Origin: Octopus vulgaris
Lineage: Eukaryota
DNA length: 64,000 nt
Reading direction: 5' to 3'
NCBI GenBank assembly: GCA_951406725.2
Contig: OX597827.1
Coordinates: 33,356,001-33,420,000 of the forward strand
Shown here in pieces: positions 13,801-26,044 of the stretch; within the stretch, counting starts at the first letter, position 1; each line of letters opens with the position of its first letter. The position numbers were made by a program, and so were the translations under genes. Under the pieces are notes generated by a model. It was given only the letters and a program-made list of their open reading frames with translations. It searched no databases and was not told the DNA's origin.

Positions 13801-14096
13801 TTAAATTCAACTTACATTGAAAGTCAACAGGCAAAGTTTGCTTTAGAAGCGTTAAGATGCATTAAAAGCTAAAGATAAGGAAATAATTTTATTCTCAAAT
13901 GCAGGATAATGCTAATAATATAGCTTGAACAGGATAAGCTATCTATATTTTGCAGAAAAATTTCTTGGTGGCCAACCATGAGACTTGGGCTCACATCTCT
14001 ATTTGAGAATAAAATTATTTCCTTATCTGAATCTTTCAATACATCTCGGTGCTTCTGAAGCAATCTTTGTTGACTTTCAACATAAGTTGAATTTAA
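13801..14096. repeat. Degenerate ~100-bp inverted repeat with ~100-bp spacer
   Basis: 13801-13900 aligns to the reverse complement of 14001-14096, including an exact agataaggaaataattttattctcaaat block. Confidence 0.88.
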
Positions 14097-14189
14097 CATA
14101 TGATAGTGTCTTCTAAAGCTAGATTTACAAATCCTAAAATTTCAGAATTTGTTGCTGGGTAATTTAGCTTAATGGTAAAGCACTTGATG

Positions 14190-14900
14190 TAAGTGCCCTG
14201 AGAGAAATGTTGGACATAAGAAGCATCGGATGTGGTGTGCAGGAGAGACGTTTGCGTTGGTATGGTCATGTACTACGGATGGATGGGAAAGATGTGTGAA
14301 GAAATGCCATTCCCAAACAGTTGAAGGAATCTGGGGTAGAGGTAGACCCAGGAAGACATGGGATGAGGTGGTCGAGCATGACCTTCAAACGTTGGGCCTC
14401 ACAGAGGCAATGATGAAAGACCGAGACCTCTGGAGATATGCTGTGACTGTGAAGACCCGACAAAGGAAGTGAGTTCATGGCTTGCAGGACGGCCTGTTGT
14501 GCTTACCTTGGATTGTAGGGCGATCTGCTGTGCTTGAGAAGACCTATTGAGTCAAGTACATCAACATAAAAATAAGAATTAAATGGAAATTGCAGTTGTG
14601 ATACCCATGACGGTGGCATGTAAAAAACACTACCCACACGTGGCAGATGCCAGCGCCATCTTGACTGATGTCTGTGCCGGTGGCATGTAAAAAGCACCAG
14701 CCGATTGTGGATGTTGCCAGCCGCTTCTGGCACGTAAAAAGCATCCACTACACTCATGGAACAGTTGGCATTAGGAAGGGCATCCAGCTGTAGAAACACT
14801 GCCAGATCAGACTGGAGACTAGTGCAGCCTCCTGGCTTCCCAGACCCCAGTCGAACTGTCCAACCCATGCTAGCATGGAAAACGGACGTTAAACGATGAT
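14190..14900 (+). mobile_element. RTE LINE 3' end (ORF tail and 3'UTR)
   Basis: CVKKCHSQTVEGIWGRGRPRKTWDEVVEHDL...; 3'UTR ending aaacgatgat. Confidence 0.85.
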
Positions 14901-15950
14901 ATATATATATATATATGAAAGAAAGTGAGAGGGGGAGAGAGAGAGAGAGAAAGATTATAATGTTTATATGAGTGCATGTTTGTGTGTATGTTGCTGTCTC
15001 CTTGATGTTACGTGATAGTTGTAAGCGATTGTCGCTATCATAAAAGCAGTGTCCTTCCTTTCCAATCTTCCATGAAAACATGTCTGGTCATGGGGAAGTA
15101 TTACCTTACTGGGAAACAGGTGAGGGTTGGTGACAGGAAAGGCATCCAGCTGCAGAAAATCCTATTCAACAAATTCCATCTGACCCACGTGGGCATAGAA
15201 AAGTGGACGTTAAACAATGATCATAATGATGATGATGGTGATAGTCCAGCAAAAATATTTTAAAACCAACACCAAGCATTAGATAAAAGGAAAAAAAAAG
15301 TACAATATTGAGTGTTAACTTCTTTATTTAACATTTTTAATCTTGAAGAAGAAAATATAATCGTCGCTGAGAGATTCCGTGTGACCTTTTGCCTGTTTGA
15401 GTGCCTCCACAAAAGGAGAAAAAAACAAAAACAAAACCCTGTCATAAGTCCATTCATTGCATTTTGCTTTACAAAATCTTTTTAAGAGTAAAATTTGATA
15501 TTGAAATCAGGATATCTGTTTTTGTCGTCATACGTGGATTATTTGTTTAAAGTCAAAACAACCATGTAACTTTCGGTGTATGATCTCCGCCACCCGACGT
15601 CAACTTGGAACAAGTCATTCACACAAGTTAATACATGGTCGAAAACGAAAGAAGCATATTTGAAAATTTGAAACGTAGACTAAACTTTTTGACAGTTTTT
15701 GTACAGTTTGTCGGGCATAATAAAAATATTATGATCTTGAAGTAAATTGTTTTAAAATTGCTACCCTCATACCCACTTACACACACACAGAGTTGATTTA
15801 TAGGTCGGATATTCTTTACAAATTTGAGAACGTCCAACTTATTAACAGAAGGTTGCTGTTCAATAAAGTACCTGATACTTGTTAAAATGTAAAATTCATA
15901 TATTTCTGACGTTAAAAAAAATTTATAAACGTCAAAAGAACATCAAATAA

Positions 15951-16194
15951 TTCTTTTTTGGGACGTAGGAACTTGAAGTAAATAAAGCTATAAATAATAG
16001 CTTGTAAATATTGACTTAAAAGCCCTTTAGATACAAAAACTTGAAGGCCTGTGATGGTTACAAAAGATGTGGTTTCAAGTTCAAGCGCAGTTTTCGACTT
16101 TTTATATTTAAAGGAATTTTTAAACTCAATATTTACACGTCATTATTTATAACTTATCTAAATCAAGTTCCAACGTCTTCTCGCCCCAAAAGAA
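15951..16194. repeat. Degenerate ~95-bp inverted repeat 150 bp upstream of the ALG13 ATG
   Basis: gacgtaggaacttga..tataaataat..tgtaaatattga..ccttta aligns to the reverse complement of 16093-16194. Confidence 0.8.
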
Positions 16195-16345
16195 ACAAAA
16201 ACTTAAATTTTTGTCGACAACAACAAAAGAAAGTACGAAAACAAAGTACTAACTCTTAATGGCACGACGTATTTCGTTTTAGAAGTTCGTTTCTAATTTT
16301 ACATTCAACTGTATTGATATTTTTTTTTCGCCATCTGTTTATAAA

Positions 16346-16438
16346 ATGAGCAACAAGAATAAGACAGTGTTTGTCACGGTTGGAACGACGCAGTTCGACC
16401 AACTCGTACTGAAAGTCGCCACAGAAGAAATATGCCAG
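16346..16438 (+). CDS. ALG13: ALG13 coding exon 1
   Basis: ATG at 16346 (context AAAATGA); 31 codons MSNKNKTVFVTVGTTQFDQLVLKVATEEICQ; donor CAG|GTGAGT, phase 0. Confidence 0.93.
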
Positions 16439-19400
16439 GTGAGTTCGTTTAGTTTCCACATGTGACAATAACAGGTTTTTAATTTTATCAATTATAAAAT
16501 ATCGGGGTTTTTTTTTAAACCCAAAGATTGAAGATTTATTTAAAAGGTTCTCCTGGTTTTTTAGGAATGGAACAGATTTGGTTATTGTGTTTGACATTGA
16601 TGGCCTTTGCTTCATGTTATATATCAGAACTACCACTGCCGGGATTTGAAACCCAGGTAGCACGATTCTCTTCGCGGAGTGTTTGTTTACTTGTTTAGGT
16701 CTCGGTCAGCCTTAATTGAAAATAGACTTACGACCAAAAATATTCGAACCGTGGACATCCCATCTTTTTGTCAGGATATAATGTATATAACTTAAATATG
16801 TTATCCATTTAAAGATGGTAGGTAATGACATGAAGATTTTGCTGCTATTTTTAGCAGCTCGTACGACCACATAGACGATCCTTTTGTTTAACCCTTATCG
16901 CGCCGATGATGTTCAAAAACTGCTCCCGTAGACGTTCCGTCCACGACCATTCCATTTCTTTGTAGTGCTACATTATCCAGTTAGTCCGTATTAATTCATT
17001 ATTTTTTACGAAAACAGCCGGTTTGAGAGAGATTTGTTCTCTTTGGCACCAAGTAAAGGCGCCTGGCTAAATGGTTAGAATATTCGGCTGGCCGTAAACA
17101 AGACCCTTTATTTCACGTTGCTGCTGTCCACTCAGCTGGCAAAAATAAGTTGTACCTGTAATTCAAAAAGCTAGTCTTGGGTCACACTCTGTGTCACGCT
17201 GAATCTCCCCGAGAACTGTGTTAAGGGTAGATGTGTCTGTGGAGTGCTCAGCCACTTGCATATTAATTTCACGAGCAGGCTCTTCTGGTGGTCGGATCAC
17301 CTGGAACCCTCACCGTCGTTACCGACGGAGTACCAGCCTGGTTTTGGCGCCGAGTGTTTACTTGTCGTTTAGACCTAATATAACAAACCTGTGATCAAAG
17401 TCGTTCCAAACCGTGACCCCACGTCTTTCTATTGGATAAGTAGTTCGACGTTAACTGTGTCTAGTTCCGTACAGTGATTGACGAACAGTCAGGTCCGTCA
17501 ATCATTTCCTTCATTAACTTCCTGGATTTCAATTTGGCACAGACCATGTCTCTTTTTCTCATCGAGCTCACTTCATACGTCCAGGTGTTTCCATTTCTCA
17601 GAATCAGTAGTTCTGAACCATGTCTTGCCTATGGATCACTTTGATATAGATGGAGATGATACACCTGACAGATATTACATCATTTCAGTTTGATACCCCC
17701 CTCCCACTAAAATCGAAGTTCAAATATGAGTTAATATGCAGTTTAGGGGTTTAAAAATAAATGAAATAATATTGACTAGAAGTGACGACAAATGCTTAAA
17801 AGGGCAAATTATACTGGTTGTTGCAATATATACTTATTGGTATGTATCTATATACATGTGTGTATATGTGTATGTATATATATACATACATACTATACAC
17901 ACATATATACATACACATACATGCATATGTACGTACATACATATATATGTATTTATGTATATATTCTTTTAACTGTGTCAGTCATTTGACTGCAGCCATG
18001 CTGGAGCATCACCTTTAGTTGAATAAATCAACTTCAGGACTTATTTTTTACAAAACTGCTATGTTATGGGGACATAAACACACCAACATCAGTTGTCAAG
18101 CGATGGTGGGGGGGACAAACACAAACACACACACACACATATGATGGGCTTCTTTCAGATTCTGTCTACCAAATCCACTAACAAGGCTTTGGTTGGCCTG
18201 AGGCTATAGTAGAAGACACCTGCCCAAAGTGCTATGCTGTTGGACTGAACCCGGAACCATGTAGTTGGAAAGCCAACCTCTTACCACACAGCCACTCCTT
18301 CTGCCTATGTATGTATGTGTGTGTGTATATGCATGTATATTCAATAACAAATTTAAAGCAGTGCTAGAGATGTAAACATTATTGATTTCACATACATTGA
18401 GTGTGTGTAATCGATTATATATATATATATAGGAGCACTCTGTCGGTTACGACGACAAGGGTCCCAGCTTATACGATCAACGGAACAGCTTGCTCTTGAA
18501 ATTAACGTGCAAGTGGCTGAGCACTCCACTGACATGTGTACCCCTAACGTAGTTCTCAGGGAGATTCAGAGTATGACAAGGCCGGCCCTTTGAAATACAA
18601 GTAGGACTCATTTTTGCCAGCTTAGTGAACTGGAGCAATGTGAAATAAGTGCCTTGCTCAAGGACACAACGCGTTGCCAGGAATTGAACTCATGGCCTTA
18701 CAATCGTGAATCGAATGCCCTAACCACTAAGCCATGCGCCTTCACTTATATATACATGTGTGTGTGTGTGTGTGTGTGTGTATCATGATCATTTAATGTT
18801 TGCATTCCTTGTTGGCATGAGTGTGACAAGATGTGGTAAGCTGTAGGGCTGCATCAAGTTTCAATGTTACCTTTAGTATGGTTTCTGTGGTTCATTGCCC
18901 TTCTTGATGCCAACCAGTCTACAGTGTGCATTCAGAATAATCTACTAAAAAATCATTCAGTCTGTAAATTTTCCAAGTTTTGAAACATTTTGAAGAACAC
19001 ATGTCATAATTAAAAGAAAATACTTTGCTCATTAGAAATTTTTTTAAGTGGCCTTTGATGATTAATTAATTAATTATTTACCAAAATTGACTTAAACTGT
19101 TAATGTTTCATTATATTGTGTTTCCTCTTGGTACTTTTTATACAGAAATTAAATGATCTTGGTTTCAAGAGAATGATTATACAAGCTGGACATAGCAAAC
19201 CCCCATCAAAAAAGGCAGTAGCTGGTGTTGAAATTTCTACCTTTGATTTCAAGGATTCAATCTTAGAATATCTCCAAAAAGCCCATCTGGTGATAAGCCA
19301 TGCAGGTAACACGTCTTCCTTTTAACGAATTTTCTGCTGCTTTGACTTGCATACATGTGTATTCTGTTTCCCTGACGTTGGTTGCAAAAATGGTATGGTT

Positions 19401-22400
19401 TTAGCCAATATGGATAGCTACGTTGTTGGATACCCTTTCTATCACTAGCCACAGGTGGGCATAACACCTGTTTGTCAGCCAGGTGGACTGAGGCAAGCAG
19501 AGATATGTTCTTCATTTACAGACACAGTACAATAATCATTTTATGAAGGCTATGAATGACAGATTTGGCATTTGTAGCTGATGAAGTAAAAAGACATAGA
19601 AATGCATGCATTTTATGATCCAGTGATGCCATTCACAGCTCAATATGTGTTTCCATATTTGTTTAAGAGGAGAATTCACTCCTGAAAATACTTCCACAGT
19701 AGAATGTCTTCTCATGTCCAAATGCACTTGAGCATGTTAAGTATGACTTCACATAGATATATTTTACACAGCACTGCTTTCACTTACATTATTTATTTAA
19801 TTCTAGCTTGACCACACTTCATGCACATCATTACATGTACCATATACTGTTTTAATACGAATAAATTATTGTGGCAGCTTAAGTGGTATCAATGATCTTT
19901 CTAAACATTATTCTAATTTATAACCTCCTCCTCCTACTCTATGAGAAACACTGCTCTATTAGAACCCGTAATCTTTCTAAAGTTCCTATTTATCAAGGCT
20001 GCGAGCTGGCAGAAATGTTAGCACGCTGGGCGAAATGCTTAGCAGTATTTCGTCTGTCTTTATGTTCTGAGTTCAAATTCCACTGAGGTCAACTTTGCCT
20101 TTCACTCTTTTGGGGTTGATAAATTAAGTATCAGTTGCATACAGGGGTTGATCTAATCTACTGCCCCCTCCCCTCCCCCAAAATTTCAGGCTTTCTGCCT
20201 AGAGTAGGAAAGAATACTAATAAGGCGGCGAGCTGGCAGAAACGTTAGCATGCTGGGCAACATTTTTAGCACTATTTCGTCTGTTTTTACATTCTGAGTT
20301 CAAATTCTGCCAAGGTCGACTTTGCCTTTCAAGGTCGATAAATTAAGGACCAGTTGCGTACTGGGGTCGATCTAATCAACTGGCCTCCTCCCCCAAAATT
20401 TCGGGCCTTGTGCCTTGAGTAGAAAAGAAAAGAAAAAAAGAAAGTTCCTATTTATTTCCCACTTTTTAAAAAAATTCTTAGAGCCCTTGGCCTCCACCTG
20501 TGGGAAATGCTGCTCTTGAAGTTTCTATTAATCTGCTTCTTTGTTGTTCCATAGGTGCTGGTACCACTATGGAGACACTTAATGAAGGCAAGCCACTAAT
20601 AACGGTGGTTAATGAAAAATTAATGAACAACCATCAAATAGAACTGGCTGAACAAATGTCGAAAGATGGTTACTCTTTGTTTTGTACTTGCAGGTGAGTT
20701 TTTTTATATTTGTTTTTTTTAGGGTAGAGATTCCAAAGTTGGATTGCAGGGTTATTTTTTACTTCTTCAGTTGTTTGTCTTTTATATTTTATGGCTCCCC
20801 CGTGGCTGAGGTAAGGCACAAGTGTTGTCAAGTGGTTAAGAAACTTACTCTCTGATCCTGTGGTTTTGAGTTCAGTCCCACTGCATGGCACCTCGGACAA
20901 GTGTCTTTTACTATTGTTTCATGTTTACAATTGATGCCATCTAGTGAAACTGAAGGTTCTAGTGTGAAAAGGATCCGTAAAAGCATTAAAACTGGGTATT
21001 AAACTCTATCCTTTAAGTTAAGATGATTTTAGTTAATCCTTGATGCGAGGGAGACAAACATAAGCCTCATTGCTACAGCATTAAAGATTGCAACTTCTAC
21101 AGTAGGAACAATATGTTGCAACTGAGGGTGAAAATGTGTCAAGGGCTCAAGAAGTGGCTCTACTAACAGCCTGGACATTATCTGTGACGTAAAAGTTTTC
21201 CACAAGCAGAAACTCTACATCAGGGGTCCCCAGACTTTTTCATGGAATCCTTTACCCCTCATGTACAAGAAAATAAATAGATAATAATAATAATTAAGTA
21301 GATGTGCATTTATCGACCCCTTGAATAGTTCCATTGACTCCCCCCCCCAGATGTTGATATCGACTACTTTGGAGACCCCTGGTCTACATGAAATCCAAAT
21401 CAAAATTTGAATGGCTGTGAAGAAGTCAAAGTGGAGGAGCTGGTTGAGTTGCTGATGGCCAGAAGAGCAAGTTTATTTAATGACCAGCTGATGCTGTTTG
21501 GACCAAAGCCAGCTGAGAATACTGATGGGGACACAGATAGATGACCAACTCAACTTCACTGCTAAGAATATAGTCAAAGGGTTGGCACTTATAGAGCGAA
21601 GTCTGCAGGTTTTTTAGCTAATAAGAGCCCTAACCACGAACATAGCATGTGACTGTGTGGTAAGAAGTTTGCTTTTCAACCACATGGCTCTGGCCAATGA
21701 AAGTCTTGTGCATGGACTTGGTAGACGGAGACTGAAATAAGCCTGTTGTGCACACACACACAAGTGAGTGAGTGTGTCTGTGTTTGTCCCCGCACTAAAC
21801 CACTTAACAACCAGTGCTGGTGTGTTTATGTCCCTGTAACTTAGCAAAAGTGACTGATAGAAAAAGTAGCAGGCTGAAAAAAAAAAAAATCTAATAAGTA
21901 TTGGGGCCAATTCAAGCTGGTGCTCCAGCATGGCTGCTGTCTGATGATTGAAGCAAATAAAAGATTTTAAAAAATGAAGGATCAAGATAACATAAACGTT
22001 ACAAAAGGAGTTCTAAGCTGAGCTGTAGAAAGATGTGACATAAACATCAAACAATTTTGGATCATTCTCATTTTTGCCCTCTCAGGTAGGAATTGATAAT
22101 GAAGGATAAGGTAGATAATAGTTGTGGCTGATGCCAGTGGCTTGTAAAAAGCATCATTTGAGCATGGCCAATGCCAGTGCAGGTGGTACGTAAAAAACAC
22201 CATTCAAGCGTGGTCGATCCCAGTGCCGCCTGAATGGCCCACGTGCTAGTGGCACGTAAAAAGCACCATTTTAAGTGTACTTGATGGTAGTGCTGGTGAC
22301 TTGTAAAAAGCGCCATTCGATCGTGGTCAATGCCACTTCCGCCTGACTGGCTCTTGTGCCGATGGTATGTAAAAAGCACCATTTGAGCGTGGTCGATCCC

Positions 22401-24720
22401 AATGTCGCCTGAACGACCCTGTACCATTTTAAGTGTGGTCGATGGTAATGTCGGTGACACGTAAAAAGCACCATTTGAGCGTGGTCAATGCCACTTCCAC
22501 CTGACTGGCTTCTGTACCGGTGGTATGTAAAAAGCACCATTCGAGTATGGTCAATGCCACTTCTGCCAGGTGGCACATAAAAGGCACCTACTACACTCTC
22601 AGAGTGGTTGGCATTAGAAAGAGCATCCAGCTGTAGAAACCTTGCCGAATCAGATTGGAGCCTGGTGCAGCTCCTTGACTTACCAGTTTTCAGTCAAACC
22701 ATCCAACCCATGCCAGCATGGAAAGCGGAGGTTAAACGATGATGATGATGTTGATGTCCCTGCCCTGCCTCATCTTCTCAGTTAACTCTCCTATTCCATC
22801 ACCCCCTCACCAGACATCTTTAGTTTTAAGTATGTACTCATTTCTTCAAATGTTTTTATTTATAATTATTGTAGATTGAAAAATCGATTTTTCATGTTTC
22901 AGAGTGTTCATGTTTTCCTTTTTATATTCTTTTATGCGGTTGTTTTGTTTTGTGATAAACCAATAACAAGAAAGATAGACAGCACGAGAGGCATTGATTA
23001 TTGGGGTCGACTCAAAAAACTCAATCTCTACTCTCTCCAATATGCCGGGAGTGCTACATCATTTGTGTTATGTGGAAAATATTCCATCAATATTGCACAA
23101 ATGATGTTGGCATCAATTTTAAAATCCATCCAAGACTTGGACCCCGAGCTATCCGCCCACTACAAAGATCGAACTCAGTACATATAGCAACATTACGTCA
23201 CAATTACTTTACCTCAACCGGTTCAGCTCTCTTTAATACCAAAATGTGTCAAAATGGAAACAGATCCCATAAAATTCAAATGTTCACTGGACAAATTTCT
23301 TCAAAAACTCCTGAACCAACCTCCTACACCCGGATATATCTCCACCAATAATAACTCTGCCAGAGTGGGCCATGGTACCCCATATGTGAGTAAGGGCTTA
23401 TACCGAAACTATCTATACTGAAACCTATCAAAGTTAGCATGAAAATCTGTAGAAAAATTGATTTCACGTTATGGCTAAATCTCAGAGATTCTTCTATCTC
23501 ATAACCCTGACTATCCCCATATTTACAAGATGCATGATATTTTTGCAGCAGTCTTCGTGAAACACTGAATAGATTTGATAAAATGGTTTTTGAAAAATAC
23601 ATTCCTGGAGATCCGACAAAATTTGGAATATTCATGGATAAAGTTGTTGGCTTCTCCTGATGAACCGATTCTTCACTCTGACCAAACTCTGACTCAGAGC
23701 CACCCTCTCCCAAATTTCTTCAATTTTCATTTTGCAACAATTTTCATTTTGCAACATTTAGTGCCCACAGGGCACTAAACACAGAAGGGACAAACAAGGA
23801 CAGACAAACGGATTAAGTCGATTACATCGACCCCAGTGCGTAACTGGTACTTAATTTATCGACCCCGAAAGGATGAAAGGCAAAGTCGACTTCGGCGGAA
23901 TTTGAACTCAGAACGTAGCGGCAGACGAAATACCGTTAAGCATTTCGCCCGGCGTGCTAACGATTCTGCCAACTCGTTGATATTAAGAGATTCAGGAAAA
24001 GGGAGAAATGAAAGAATAATGCCAAAGCTGGTTAGTAGTCTAAGGGAAGAAACTCTATCGCGAACTGAAAGCAATAATATAGTTTGAGACTGAATTGCCT
24101 CCCTTGAATCATCTTTATGTCTTGAATTACCTCCCCTGTATCTCTCTCTCTCTCTCCCTCTCTTTTTTTTTTAATTGTTCACCATTCAAGTGAATATTTA
24201 AAGAAAATTCATGTTTATACGAAATTTTCACTTGCAGAGATATATTTACTTATCTTTTAATAAAGAAAAAATTCGCGACAACATCAGAGAAAATACTTCA
24301 CAGGGTTCGTACCAGTTCTTGACTTTCTGAATTGAACTCAGACCGAAGTGAATTATGCTTTCAGTGTTTATAAAAAAAAGTATTATTCAAGTACTGGAAT
24401 GAAATCGAACTAATTCCACCAGTCTTCACGTTCATCTCGTAACTGCTGGCCTTCAGCTTAAATCAGAAGTTATCATTATTATTATTATTATTATTTCTAT
24501 TATTATTATCATCTTTATTAAATTCTGCTGGTGTTAACTTTGCCTTTCATCTTTTCAGGGTGGATAAATTAATTACCAGTAAAACACTGGGGTCGATGTA
24601 ATCGATTCGTCCCTCTCCTCAAAAATTTCAGGCCTTTAGCAGAAAGGATTATTATTATTATAATTATTATTGTTACTATTATTATTATTATTACTATTAT
24701 TATTATCATTATCGTTATTA

Positions 24721-24751
<31 letters not shown>

Positions 24752-25143
24752 TATTACTATTGTTATTATTATTATCATCATTATTATTATTATTATTACT
24801 ATTGTTATTATTATTATTATCATCATTATTATTAATATTTATAGGACTGAGGTAATTCCTCCCGAAGATATAGAAGCAAAAACAGAAGAGTTCCATTGTC
24901 TTTCACAGGTTCAAAAAAATAAACTTGTTGTTCACTTGATAACAATGCCACACTTCCATTTTCGCTTCTATTATTATTGTTATTATTATTATTATTATTT
25001 TGATTATTTTTATCTTTTCCTATTTTTGCAGCAGTCTTCGTGAAACACTGAATAGATTTGATAAAATGGTTTTTGAAACATACATTCCTGGAGATCCGAC
25101 AAAATTTGGAATATTCATGGATAAAGTTGTTGGCTTCTCCTGA
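16346..25143 (+). CDS. ALG13: UDP-N-acetylglucosamine transferase subunit ALG13, short GT28-C-only form; join(16346..16438,19146..19305,20555..20693,25032..25143), 167 aa
   Basis: Spliced translation MSNKNKTVFVTVGTTQFDQLV...KLNDLGFKRMIIQAG...[56 protein letters not shown]...FCTCSSLRETL...YIPGDPTKFGIFMDKVVGFS*. It carries the ALG13 motifs VFVTVGTT, ISHAGAG and LMNNHQ. All introns are GT-AG with consistent phases 0,1,2; total 504 nt. Confidence 0.95.
17970..18305 (-). mobile_element. SINE family 1 copy (ALG13 intron 1)
   Basis: Same head and tail. Confidence 0.82.
18430..18745 (-). mobile_element. tRNA-derived SINE family 3; opposite-orientation copy at 17058-17335
   Basis: Head ggcgcatggcttagtggttagg on - strand; body gagtgctcagccacttgcacgttaatttca shared with 17242-17270. 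Confidence 0.75.
19146..19305 (+). CDS. ALG13: ALG13 coding exon 2
   Basis: Acceptor ttttatacag|; KLNDLGFKRMIIQAGHSK...LVISHA; donor GCAG|GTAAC, phase 1. Confidence 0.94.
19997..20430 (+). mobile_element. Two tandem SINE family 2 copies (ALG13 intron 2)
   Basis: Heads ggctgcgagctggcagaa at 19997 and ggcggcgagctggcagaa at 20224. Confidence 0.82.
20555..20693 (+). CDS. ALG13: ALG13 coding exon 3
   Basis: Acceptor ttgttccatag|; (G)[45 protein letters not shown]; donor CAG|GTGAGT, phase 2. Confidence 0.95.
21221..21381. mobile_element. hAT-type MITE (161 bp) in ALG13 intron 3
   Basis: TIRs caggggtcccca / tggagacccctg; 8-bp TSD ctctacat / gtctacat. Confidence 0.8.
22125..22755 (+). mobile_element. 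RTE 3'UTR with about 7-8 degenerate 60-bp units, in ALG13 intron 3
   Basis: Repeated gtaaaaagcaccatt..agcgtggtc.atgcc units, then terminal ...aacgatgatgatgatg. Confidence 0.8.
22960..23430 (+). mobile_element. Decayed CR1-like LINE 3' fragment in ALG13 intron 3
   Basis: ITRKIDSTRGIDYWGRLKKLNLYSLQ / YIICVMWKIFHQ...[11 protein letters not shown]; homologous to the 35.5-36.2 kb copy. Confidence 0.82.
23549..23660 (+). CDS. ALG13: Duplicate of ALG13 terminal exon (copy A; alternative exon or pseudo-exon)
   Basis: Same 112-nt coding sequence with one substitution (AAA K vs ACA T), intact frame and stop; retains acceptor tatttttgcag but has a weaker upstream pyrimidine tract. Confidence 0.6.
24648..24835. 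repeat. (ATT)n trinucleotide microsatellite
   Basis: Direct reading; gives poly-I/L/N ORFs. Confidence 0.95.
25032..25143 (+). CDS. ALG13: ALG13 terminal coding exon 4 (copy B, likely the authentic one)
   Basis: Long polypyrimidine tract ttttatcttttcctatttttgcag|; (S)SLRETLNRFDKMVFETYIPGDPTKFGIFMDKVVGFS*; resembles the C-terminus of vertebrate short ALG13 as recalled (..PEKFSAFLDKVVG..). Confidence 0.85.
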
Positions 25144-25833
25144 TGAACCGATTCTTCACTCTGACCAAACTCTGACTCGGAGCCCCCCTCTCCCAAATTT
25201 CTTCAATTTTCATTTTGCAACATTTTTTTTTCCTCTCATCATTCCTCTTAGTCTTTGTTCCTTTCTGTTTGTTACATTTTTGTTTTCGTTTTTTTTTTTG
25301 TTATTTACATGTTTAGTAATGATTTCAACATTTAGGCTCAAGGCCAACAATGTTGAGGCCGGACAGCATGGAGTAGTCTATACTAGCAGCTAATTGACCA
25401 GAAGGAACTTGGGACACTGCAGACAACATCAAAGGACTAAATGCAGCAACACACAAGAAAATGATGGGGGGGTGGTTACAGTATTTTACTTTTTACTTGT
25501 TTCACACATTAGACTGCGCCCATGCTGGAGCACTGCCTCAAAGAGTTTCAGTCGAATGAATCAATCCCATGACTAATTTCCTTAGGCCTGGTGCTTATTC
25601 TATCAGTCTCTTTTACTGAATTGCTAAGTTATAGGGCCATAAACCCACCAACACCAGTTGTCAAGCAGTGGTGGCAGACAAACGCATGCATGCACATGCA
25701 TACGCACTCACATGCTCTTTTAAATATTCTAAATGTGAAACTGTCACTTTTTTAATTAGGCAGGGCTTTATATTTGAAACATAATTAATTTGTTATATAC
25801 AATTCACAAATATATATATGTGTGTGTGTGTTT

Positions 25834-26044
25834 GAAAGGGTGCTGGAAAGTTCCTGGCTTTGAAGGTTTCATGAAAAACCTGGTTTGAGGTTCACTCTTC
25901 CAAGTCTTTTCACAGGGTTTAGAAAAACTGAAGGATTGCTGAAATGAGTGTGTGAATCTGTGAGAAGAGATTATGTTGAATGAAATCATAATTAACTGAC
26001 CCTCCTGTATTTTCTTTTACCAGGAACTTTATGGCACCCACTCA
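25834..26044. mobile_element. Tc1/mariner-like MITE
   Basis: Inverted termini gggtgctggaaagttcctgg / ccaggaactttatggcaccc. Confidence 0.6.

Noticed and set aside
13869-14099. 76-aa ORF MLNSTYVESQQ...
   Set aside because: Coincides with an inverted-repeat arm whose partner has stops; no recognisable protein.
15561-15639. Pre-miRNA-like hairpin (accatgta...tacatggt)
   Set aside because: Pairing is short and the loop is large and asymmetric; cannot be supported without folding and small-RNA data.
23575-23778. ORFs MIKWFLK... at 23575 and 25058
   Set aside because: Off-frame readings of the ALG13 terminal exon copies.
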